From contig NC_135808.1 of assembly GCF_964213995.1 (NCBI RefSeq), positions 43,338,001 through 43,402,000 on the forward strand: 64,000 bases of DNA. The letters are read 5' to 3'. The position numbers and the translations under genes were made by a program. Positions 12,418 to 22,651 of the stretch are shown here, piece after piece. Positions within the stretch are counted from its first letter, which is position 1, and each line of letters begins with the position of its first letter. Under the pieces are notes generated by a model that saw nothing but the letters and a program-made list of their open reading frames with translations, was not told where the DNA came from and made no database searches. The stretch is from Mustelus asterias. Lineage: Eukaryota.

Positions 12418-12850
12418 GGTATGGCTCAGTTGGTAGAAATCTCACCTCTGAATCAAAGAATTCTGTTCTCAATTCTCGCTTGAACACAAAGATCAAGACT
12501 GACCCTCCAGGTGGTACTGAGGGAGTGCTGCAGTGTTGGAGCTGCTGTCATCTATGTGAAAAATGTAACCAAGCCTCAGTTTACCCTCTCAGGTGAATGT
12601 TAAAGATTCCATGGCACTAATCAAAGAAGAGCAGGGAAGTTATTCCTTGTGTCCTGGCCAATATTTATCCCGCAATCAATATCATTTAAAAATTCTTGTC
12701 ATTATCAGATTGCCGTTTGTGGGATCTTGCTGTGTGTATATCGGTTGCTACGTTTCCTACAACAATTACTAGACCTTAAAATGAGATAATTGGATGTAAA
12801 ATGTTTTGGGATGTCCTCAGGACATGAAGGGTGCTATAAGAAACATGTCT
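12418..12850 (+). mobile_element. DeuSINE (SacSINE1-like), decayed
   Basis: tRNA-like head TGGCTCAGTTGGTAG; Deu-domain-like TAAAGATTCCATGGCACT...GTGTCCTGGCCAATATTTATCC; L2-like tail GTAAAATGTTTTGGGATGTCC...GTGCTATAAG. Confidence 0.7.
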
Positions 12851-13220
12851 ATTTTTCTTATTGCACACTCACTTAACCTGTCTGTGTCTCTTAATCATTT
12901 ATTAGTGTCCTCCTCACAGCTGACATTTTCCATGATAATGCTCCTGTGAAACTATGTGAAAAGTCATATATAAATATATGTATTATATATATGTCTCTGC
13001 CTGTCTCTCTATCTTTATTTCTCATCCTCTCTATGTCATTCTTTCTCAGTCTCTCTTCTCTTTCCCTCTCCTGGGTTGATGAAAATTTGGATAAATACCA
13101 TTGTACATTGTGGCTCATGTGACTCCTGATGTCATTTTTGTGTAAATAAATGATTGAGGCAGTAGTTATTTTACACGCCACATGGAACATGGTGTCAGAA
13201 TTGTGGAACTGGAATAAAAT

Positions 13221-13567
13221 CATAGAATCCCTGCAGTGCAGAAAGAGGCCATTCAGCCCATTAAATCTGCACTGACTCTCTGACAGAGTATCTTACTCAG
13301 GCCTTCTCTCCCACCTTTTTCTCTTAACCCCACTCATGTACCATGACCAATCCACCTAACCTACACATCTTTGGACACTAAGGGGCAATTTAGCATGGCA
13401 AATCCACCTAACCCACACATCTTTGGACTGGGAGGAAACCAGAGCACCCAGAGGAAACACACACAGTCACGGAGAACGTGCAGACTCCACACAGACAGTG
13501 ACCCAAGGCCGGAATTGAACCTTGGCACTGTGAGGCAGTAGTGCTAATCACTGTGCTACGGTGCCAT
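13221..13567 (-). mobile_element. HE1-type SINE
   Basis: Reverse complement of the HE1 head, core and CR1-like tail (CATAGAATCCCTGCAGTGCAGAA...). Confidence 0.85.
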
Positions 13568-13972
13568 CATTTTGATGGGTGTAAGGAACAGCAGCAAATA
13601 ATTAAAATTTCAATTTGCAGCATTGTACAGGGCATTGACTGCTTGGTGAGTCAATGTGGATTTGAATATTCCAGTGTCTGCTCCTATGGAGATGGAAGGA
13701 GATTTGAGGGTGAATTGGAAATTCTTCCTCTCTCAATGGCAGAGCTTGCCACAGAATTGAACAATAATCCTGAACAAATAAGAATAGAAACTCAGTTATC
13801 AATACTGTAAAGAGTGCCAAAAACTGTTGCAACTTAGACAACCCTCAGGAACAGAAAAACAAGATGCACAAATTTAGGAGATCTGGAAGGTCACTGTGAA
13901 CTCTCTTTACTCATGTTATTTATGAATGCTTTGTGTTTATAACACTGGAGCTCAGGAAGAGAGGAAACATTT

Positions 13973-14519
13973 TAGAGTCAGAGAGTTTTACAGCATTGAA
14001 ACAGGCCCTTTGGCCCAACTTGTCCATGCCGCCCTTCTTTTTTAACCACTAAGTTAGTCTCAATTTCCCACATTTGGCCCATATCCTTCCATACCTATGT
14101 TACCCATGTAACTGTCTAAATGCTTTTTAAAAGGCAAAATTGTACCCGCCTCTACTACCACCTCTGGCAGCTTGTTCCAGACACTCACCCTCTGTGTGAA
14201 AAATATGTCCCTCAGGACCCTTTTGTATCTCTCCCCTCTCACCTTAAACTCCCTCCCTTTAGACTTTAGTTTCAGACTCCCCTATCTTTGGGAAAAGATG
14301 TTGACTATCTACCTCATCTATGCCCTTCATTATTTTATAGACCTCTATAAGATCACCCCTCAGCCTCCTACACTCCAGGGAAAAAAGTCCCAGTCTATCC
14401 AGCCTCTCCTTATAACTCAAACTATCAAGTCCTTGGTAGCATCCTAGTAAATCTCTTCCGCACTCTTTCTGGTTTAATAATATCCTTTCTATAATCGGGT
14501 GACCAGAACTGTGCACAGT
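13973..14519 (-). mobile_element. CR1 LINE 3' fragment
   Basis: [27 protein letters not shown] and FFTQRV motifs of the ORF2 C-terminus, plus the 3' UTR. Confidence 0.9.
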
Positions 14520-15208
14520 TACATATTGATCAGCATGTGACTGTACTGAGATGTTTTGCTGATTGTTCAGAGTTTGGAAAACTGAAAGATGATCTCATCA
14601 GGGCTCATGTTGTCTTCGGAACACGAGACTCTGCTGTAAGCGGAACGGCTGAGAGGAGAGAAACTTACTTTCAAGAAAACTATTGATGTGCAGAAGCTCT
14701 GAGATAGCTAATCATCAGTTGAATAATGTTGAGAAATGGAGAAATGACAGATTTTGTAATTCGCTGAGAGGCAGTTTAGGCTTTCCAAACAGGGGACAAC
14801 GAAGATAAAGAAGACCAAATTAAAGGGCGAGCAGAAAGATCAAGGCCAGACTATAGAACATAAATATTGTGGGGGACACCACACAAAAGACAAGGAAACA
14901 TGTCCAGTGTGGGTAAAGAAGTGCTGGATCTGCGAGAAGCTGGATCACTGCACACAAGTGTTTTGCTGGAAAGAAGACAAGAAACCTGGAAAGATTGTTG
15001 TTGGGGTGACGTTAAATGGTGATTCTTACTGTAGACCCAAGAGCAGGTTGGCATTGTGCAGTCTCAGGGTAAAAAATGGATTTGTGCAATTGAAATGATG
15101 ATTGCAGAAAGATATGAAGTTTCAGATAGACACTGGTGCTATGTACAACATCATGAGCTTCACAGAGTCATGTGACGTTGCTCAAGATGGTGACCTGAAA
15201 ATGAAGCT

Positions 15209-17819
15209 ATCGTCTACTGAGGTAGTTTGGGCTGAGGTTAGAAACAGGAAAGGAGAGGTCACCCTGTTGGGAGTTTTTTATGGACCTCCTAAAAGTTCCA
15301 GAGATGTAGAGGAAAAGATTGCAAAGATGATTCTGGATAGGAGCGAAAGTAACAGGATAGTTGTACTGGGGGACTTTAACTTTACAAATATTGACTGGAA
15401 AAGCTATAGTTCGAGTACTTTAGAGGGGTCAGTTTTTGTCCAATGTGTGCAGGAAGGCTTCCTGATGCACTATGTAGATGGGCCAACAAGAGGCGAGGCC
15501 ACATTGGATTGGTACTGGGTAATGAACCAGGCCAGGTGTTAGATTTGGAGGAAGGTGAGCACTTTGGTGACAGTGACCACAATTCGATTACGTTTACCTT
15601 AGCAATGGAAAGGGATAGGTATATACCAAAGGGCAAGAGTTATAGCTGGGGGAAAGGAAATTATGATGCGATTAGGCGAGATTTAGCTGGCATAGGTTGG
15701 GGAAGGAAACTGCAGGGGATGGGCACAATTGTAATGTGGAACTTGTTCAAGGAACCGCTACTACGCGTCCTTGATAAATGTGTACCTGTCAGGCAGGGAG
15801 GAAGCAGACGTGTGAAGGAACTGTGGTTTACAAAGGAGGTTGAATCTCTTGTGAAGAGGAAGAAGGAAACTTATGTTAAGATGAGACGTGAAGGCTCAGT
15901 TAGGGCACTTGAGAGTTACAAGTTAGCCAGGAAGGACCTAAAGAAAGAGTTAAGAAGAGCCAGGAAGGGACATGAGAAGTCTTTGGCAGGTAGGATCAAG
16001 GAAAACCCTAAAGCTTTCGATAGGTCTGTCAGGAGTAAAAGAATGACTAGGGTAAGATTAGGGCCAGTCAAGGACAGTAGTGGGAAGTTGTGCGTGGAGT
16101 CTGAAGAGATAGGAGAGGCACTAAATGAATATTTTTCGTCGGTATTCACACTGGAGAGGGACAGTGTTGTCGAGGGGAGAACTGAGATGCAGGCTGTTGG
16201 ACTGGATGGGATTGAGGTTCATAAGGAGGAGGTGTTAGCAATTCTGGAAAGGGTAAAAATAGATAAGTCCCCTGGGCCGGATGGGATTTATCCTAGGATT
16301 CTCTGGGAGACTAGAGAGAAGATTGCAGAGCCTTTGGCTTTGATCTTGGTGTCATCATTATCTACAGGAACAGTGCCAGAAGACTGGAGGATAGCAAATG
16401 TTGTCCCCTTGTTCAAGTAGGGGAGTAGGGACAACTCTGGTAATTATAGACCGGTGAGCCTTACTTCTGTTGTGGGCAAAGTATTGGAAAGGATTATAAG
16501 AGATAGGATTTATAATCACCTAGAAAGGAATAATTTGATTAGGGATAGTCAGCACGGTTTTGTGAAGGGTAGGTCGTGCCTCACAAACCTTATTGAGTTC
16601 TTTGAAAAGGTGACCAAAGAGGTGGATGAGGGTAAAGCAGTTGATGTGGTGTATATGGATTTCAGCAAAGCGTTTGATAAGGTTCCCCATGGTAAGCTTT
16701 TGCAGAAAATCCAGACAGATGGGATTGAGGGTGATTTAGTGGTTTGGATCAGGAATTGGCTAGCTGTAAGAAAACAGAGGGTGGTGGTTGATGGGAAATA
16801 TTCATCCTGGAGTTCAGTTACTAGTGGTGTACCGCAAGGATCTGTTTTGGGGCCACTGCTGTTTGTCATTTTTATTAATGACCTGGATGAGGGCGTGGAA
16901 GGATGGATTAGTAAATTTGCGGATGACACTAAAGTCGGTGGAGTTGTAGACAGTGCGGAGGGAAGTGGCAGGTTACAGAGGGACATAGATAAGTTGCAGA
17001 GCTGGGCTGAGAGGTGGCAAATGGAGTTTAATGCGGAAACGTGTGAGGTGATTCACTTTGGAAGGAGTAACAGGAATACAGAGTACTGGGCTAATGGTAA
17101 GATACTTGGTAGTGTGGATGAACAGAGGGATCTGGGTGTCCATGTGCATAGATCCCTGAAAGTTGGCACCCAGGCTGATAGGGTTGTTAAGAAGGCGTAC
17201 GGTGTGTTAGCTTTTATTGGTAGAGGGATTGAGTTTCGGAGCCAGGAGGTCATGCTGCAAGTGTACAAAACTCTGGTGCGGCCGCATTTGGAGTATTGCG
17301 TACAGTTCTGGTCGCCGCATTATAGGAACGATGTGGAAGTGTTGGAAAGGGTGCAGAGGAGATTTACCAGAATGTTGCCTGGAATGGTGGGAAAATCGTA
17401 TGAGGAAAGGCTGAGGGGCTTGAGGTTATTTTCGTTAGAGAGAAGAAGGTTAAGAGGTGACTTAATAGAGGCATACAAGATGATCAGAGGATTAGATAGG
17501 GTGGATAGCGAGAGCCTTTTTCCTCGGATGGTGATGGCTAGCACGAGGGGACATAGCTTTAAATTGAGGGGTGAGAGATATAGGACAGATGTTAGAGGTA
17601 GGTTCTTTACTCAGAGAGTAGTAAGGGCGTGGAATGCCCTGCCTGCAGCAGTAGTGGACTCGTCAACATTAAGAGCATTCAAATGGTTCTTGGATAAACA
17701 TATGGATGATATTGGAATAGTGTAGATTAGATGGGCTTTAGATTGGTTCCACTGGTCAGCGCAATATCGAGGGCCGAAGGGCCTGTACTGTGTTGTAATG
17801 TTCTATGTTCTATGTTCTA
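15209..17819 (+). mobile_element. CR1 LINE, 5'-truncated ORF2 (partial APE plus RT), one frameshift and one stop
   Basis: GDFNF, SDHN, KSPGPDG, QHGF, GVPQGSVLGP, FADD; TAG at 16418-16420; (TTCTATG)n tail. Confidence 0.97.
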
Positions 17820-18065
17820 AGGTAAAGTTGAGGCCATGTGATGGAAAGAGGACAGATTGTACTGACAGCCCAAGGCACTGGGAAGAAAGAAGATCGACAG
17901 TTCCAGACAGTAGACACTTGCGAAAATCCCCTCATCCCAGTGGAAATATGTCAGAAGCTTGGGCTGGTAACCTTCCCCATATCAGAAAGAGATTTACATA
18001 GTTTGATACAGCACCAAACCCTTTAGACTGCTGAACACATCCTGATAAATTACAAAGATACACAG

Positions 18066-18554
18066 GTCTCAGGTCTCTAATGGCTGAACATTCCAGAAAT
18101 CAATGAGAACGTGAGGCCAACTCAGCATCTGCTGAGGAGAGTTCCAGCAATTCTCCAGTCTGAAAGACAAGGTAAAGGAGGTCAGAATGAAGTCTGAGAC
18201 TCTCAAGCAAGACGGGCAGAAGAGAAAGATGCTGGAGGGCAGAGTCAGCAAGCAGCAACTCACTGAGATTTAGTCAAGTCAGCAAGAAACACAGGGGCCG
18301 TTACAGAACTTGACAATGTCAGCGAGGAGCCAGTCTCATGGCAGCTATTCCAGCTTTTTCACACACACAGAAAATGACAGTGGAACAGGGCGTGACTCTC
18401 AATAATGTCACCAATCTTTAGGCTACAATAGTTTCCACAGAGGCTGATCTGAAGAGAAAGAGGATCTGGAGAGGAGCTGGGCACTGCACTGATGGACGCC
18501 AGGCTCAGGGAAGGAGTACCTGGAGGCTCTGATTGAGGTCATTCAGAGTAGCTC
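18066..18554 (+). pseudogene. RRBP1: RRBP1-like processed pseudogene, fragment 1 (coiled coil)
   Basis: MKSETLKQDGQKRKMLEGRVS and ATIVSTEADLKRK resemble recalled RRBP1 KSEAVRQDEQQRKALEAK and SKLQSSEAEVRSK; stops and frameshifts present. Confidence 0.65.
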
Positions 18555-20630
18555 TGAACCTGAATAAAGAGAATACGAGGTGCGAACTGGCAAGGATAGA
18601 TTGGGAAATCTTACTCAATGGATTGACTGTGGATAGACAATGGTTTACATTGAAAGAAAGTGTGCATGAATTGCAGTAATTATTCATTCCTGTCTTGTAC
18701 AAAACAAAAAGGTGGCAAAAGAAATTAGAGATAATATTAAAACAAAGAAATGTATAAAAGTATCAGAAAAAGCAGTAAGACTGAGGACTGGGAGCATTTT
18801 AGAATTCAGCAAAAGATGTCACCATATTTGATCAAGAGAGTGAAATGAAGTATGAGAGTAAAATTGCCAAGAACATAGAAACTGGCTCGAAATATGTGGA
18901 GAGAAAGATTAGTAAACAGAAATATAGGTCCCTTACAACCAGTAGCCGGGGAAATTATAATGGGCAACAAAGAAATGGCAAAAAAGTTGGACACCCGCCC
19001 CTGTCTTCTGTCTTCACAAAAGAGAGCACAAAAACCTCCCAAAAATGTTAGGGAACCAAGGGTCTAGTGAGAAGGTAAAATTGAAGGAAATCGGTATTAG
19101 TAAGAAAATGGTGCTGGGGAAATTAATGTGGTTAAAGGCTAATAAATCACCAGGGCCTGATAATCTGCATCCCAGAGGATCCTGGAATTATTGGGTGCAT
19201 TAATGGTCATCTTCCAAAATTCTATAGACTGGAGCTGTTCCTACAGACTGGAGCTGTTCCTACAGACTGGAGGGTGGCAAATGTAACCCCACTATTTAAA
19301 AAGAGAGTGAGAGACAATAGGGAGAATGATGCTGGAGTCTGTTATAAAAGACGTGATAACAGAACATTCAGAAAGCATTAACGGGATTGGACAAAGCCAT
19401 CATGGGGTTACGAAAGGAAACTCATGCTTAACAAATCTACTGGAGTTTTTGAGGATGTAACTAGTAGATTAGATAAAGGATATAAAGAACAAAGAACAAT
19501 ACAGCACAGGAACAAGCCCTTCGGCCCTCCAAGCCTGCGCCGCTCATGTGCCCAACCAGACCATTCTTTTGTATCCCTCTATTCCCAGTCTGTTCATGTG
19601 GCTATCTAGATAAGTCTTAAATGATCCCAGCGTGTCCGCCTCAATTACCTTGCTTGGCAGTGCATTCCAGGCCCCCACCACCCTCTGTGTAAAATACGTC
19701 CCCCTGACATCTGTGTTGAACCTTGCCCCCCTCACCTTGAACCTGTGACCCCTTGTGTTCGTCACCTCCGACCTGGGAAAAAGTTTCTCACTGTTCACCC
19801 TATCTATGCCCTTCATAATTTTATACACCTCTATTAGGTCGCCCCTCATCCTCCATCTTTCCAGGGAGAACATCCCCAGTTTACCCAATCTCTCCTCATA
19901 GCTAAGACCCTCCATACCAGGCAACATCCTGGTAAACCTTTTCTGTACTCTCTCCAAAGCCTCCACGTCCTTCTGGTAGTGTGGCGACCAGAACTGGACG
20001 CAGTATTCCAAATGTGGCCTAACCAACGTTCTATACAGCTGCAACATCATATGCCAACTTTTATATTCTATGTCCCGTCCAATAAAGGCAAGCATGCCAT
20101 ATGCCTTCTTCCACCACCCTCTCCACCTGTGCTGCCACCTTTAAGGATCTGTGGACTTGTACACCCAGGTCCCTCTGTGTGCCTATACTCCTGATGGTTC
20201 TGCCATTTATTGTATAGCTTACATTAGATCTACCGAAATGCATTACTTCGCATTTATCTGGATTAAATTCCATCTGCCATTTCTCCGCCCAATGTTCCAG
20301 CCTATCTATATCCTGCTGTATTCTCTGACAATGTTCATCACTATCCGCAACTCCAGCAATCTTCGTGTCGTCCGCAAACTTACTGATCACACCAGCTACA
20401 TCTTCCTCCAAATCATTTATATATATCACAAACAGCAGAGGTCCCAGTACAGAGCCCTGTGGAACACCACTAGTCACAGACCTCCAATCAGAAAAAGACC
20501 CCTCCACTGCTACCCTCTGTCTTCTATGGTTAATCATGATGTGGAGATGCTGGCGTTGGACTGGGGTAAAGACAGTAAGAAGTCTCACAACACCAGGTTA
20601 AAGTCCAACAGGTTTATTTGGTAGCAAATA

Positions 20631-20667
20631 CCATAAACTTTTGGAGCGCTGCTCCTTCGTCAGATGG
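20631..20667 (-). ncRNA. Minimal type-I hammerhead motif, degenerate (GAAA changed to AAAA)
   Basis: CCAT CTGACGA A GGAGC AGC GCTCC AAAA GTT T ATGG. Confidence 0.65.
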
Positions 20668-20995
20668 AGTGGAAATGTGCTCTCAAACAGTTGAGCAGAA
20701 CAGCTGAGCAGAAACTGAAAGCCAAGTTCCGCACACATGAGGACGGCCTAAACCGGGATGTTGGATTTATGTCACATTATCAGTAACCCCCACAGCTTGC
20801 CTCCTGGACTTGCAGAATCTCACTAGCTGTTCTGTCTGGAGACAATGCACATCTCTTTAACCTGTGTTTAATGCTCCCTCCACCCACATTGTCTGTACCT
20901 TTAAGACCTGGCTGGCTGTAGGGATTCGCATTCTAATCAGTATTCTGTAACTTGATTTTGTGTCTCTGTGCACTGTTTGAGAGCACATTTCCACT

Positions 20996-21032
20996 CCATC
21001 AGACGAAGGAGCAGCGCTCCGAAAGCTTATGG
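20996..21032 (+). ncRNA. Minimal type-I hammerhead motif with one core mutation (CUGA changed to CAGA)
   Basis: CCAT CAGACGA A GGAGC AGC GCTCC GAAA GCT T ATGG. Confidence 0.7.
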
Positions 21033-22651
21033 TATTTGCTACCAAATAAACCTGTTGGACTTTAATCTGGTGTTATGAGACTTCTTTCTATGGCTAAGCC
21101 AGTTCTCCACCCATCTAGCTAGCTCACCTTTTATCCCGTGATATTTAACCTTTTGCACCAGCCTGCCATGAGGGACCTTGTCAAACGCTTTACTAAAATC
21201 CATATAGACGAAATCCACGGCCCTTCCCTCGTCAATCGTTTTTGTCACCTCCTCAAAAAACTCAACCAAATTTGTGGTGTCTTTGGACTATCAGAGCTTT
21301 TGATAAAGTCCCTCATAAGAGGTTAGTGGGGAAAATTAAAGCACCTGGGATATGGGTAATGTATTGGCATGGGTCAAGAATTGCTTGACAGACAGGAGAC
21401 AGAAAGTGGGAATAAATGGATCTTTTTCTGAGCAGCAGGCAGCGACTAGTGAGGCACCGCAGCGATCAGATCTTGGGCCCCAGCTGTTCACAATGTATAT
21501 AAATCACCTGGATGAAGAGACGAAAGGTAACATTAACAAGTTTGCTGACGACACAAAACGGGATGGAATTGTGAATTGTGACGAGGATGCAAGGAGGCTT
21601 CAAGGTGATTTAGACAAATTGAGTGAGTGGGGCAAACACATGGCTGATGCAGAATAATGTGGATAAATATGAAGTTATACACTTTGGTATGAGAAACAGA
21701 AAGAGTACAACTTACATAGTGATATATTGGGAAATATGGATGTACAAAATGGATCTGGGCGTCCTTGTACACTAGTCAATGAGAGTGGAGAGGCAGGAAA
21801 TTCAGAAGGCAGATAGTATGTTGACCTTCATTGCAAAAGGCTGTGAGTTCAGAAATAGGGATGTCTTAATGCAGTTATCCCGGGCCTTGGTGAGACCACA
21901 CCTGTCGTATTGTGAGCAGTTTTGGTCTCCCTGCCAAAGAAATGATATACTTGCCACAGAGGCAGTGCAGCGGAAGTTTCTTCGGCTGATATCGGGGTTG
22001 GTGGGACTGTCAACAAAGAACAAAGAAGAAAGAAAATTACAGCACAGGAACAGGCCCTTCGGCCCTCCAAGTCCGCACCGACCATGCTGCCTGACTGAAC
22101 TAAAACCCCCACCCTTCTGGGGACCATTTCCCTCCATTCCCATCCTAATCTAATCTAATCTACTAGTATTTGTCAAGATGCCCCTTAAAAGTCACTCTTG
22201 TATTTGCTTCCACTGTTGGAAAGGGTGCAGAGGAGATTTACCAGGATGTTGTCTGGTATGGTGGGAAAATCGTATGAGGAAAGGCTGAGGGGCTTGAGGT
22301 TGTTTTCGTTAGAGAGGAGAAGGTTAAGAGGTGACTTAATAGAGGCATACAAGATGATCAGAGGATTAGATAGGGTGGATAGTGAGAGCCTTTTTCCTCG
22401 GATGGTGTTGGCTAGCACGAGGGGACATAGCTTTAAATTGAGGGGTGAGAGATATAGGACAGATGTTAGAGGTAGGTTCTTTACTCAGAGAGTAGTAAGG
22501 GCGTGGAATGCCCTGCCTGCAGCAGTGGTGGACTCGTCAACGTTGAGAGCGTTCAAGTGGTTATTGGATAGAACATAGAACATAGAACAGTACAGCACAG
22601 AACAGGCCCTTCGACCCACGATGTTGTGCCGAGCTTTATCTGAAACCAAGA

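Larger units (their letters stand above)
13660..18062 (+). mobile_element. Decayed Ty3/Gypsy LTR-retrotransposon gag-protease relic, split by two CR1 insertions
   Basis: Translated pieces: MEGDLRVNWKFF (13688), IDQHVTVLR...[11 protein letters not shown] (14525), zinc knuckles CGGHH...CP and KCWICEKLDHC (14868-14950), protease FQIDTGA (15120), then KVKLRP...PLIPVEICQKLGLV after 17819. Confidence 0.8.
20534..21085. mobile_element. Penelope-like fragment: partial pLTR on - joined head-to-head to ORF end plus pLTR on +
   Basis: EQKLKAKFRTHEDGLNRDVGFMSHYQ* at ~20707-20787 matches the C-terminus of the PLE ORF ending at 61394. TSD TTCTATGG[T/C]TAA at 20522-20533 and 21086-21097. Confidence 0.9.
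19481..21271 (-). mobile_element. CR1, 5'-truncated RT region, interrupted by a Penelope fragment
   Basis: ORFs 21039-21269, 20061-20588 and 19544-20095 carry DFSKAFDKVPH, GVPQGSVLGP, FADD and RPHLEYCVQFWSP. Confidence 0.95.
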
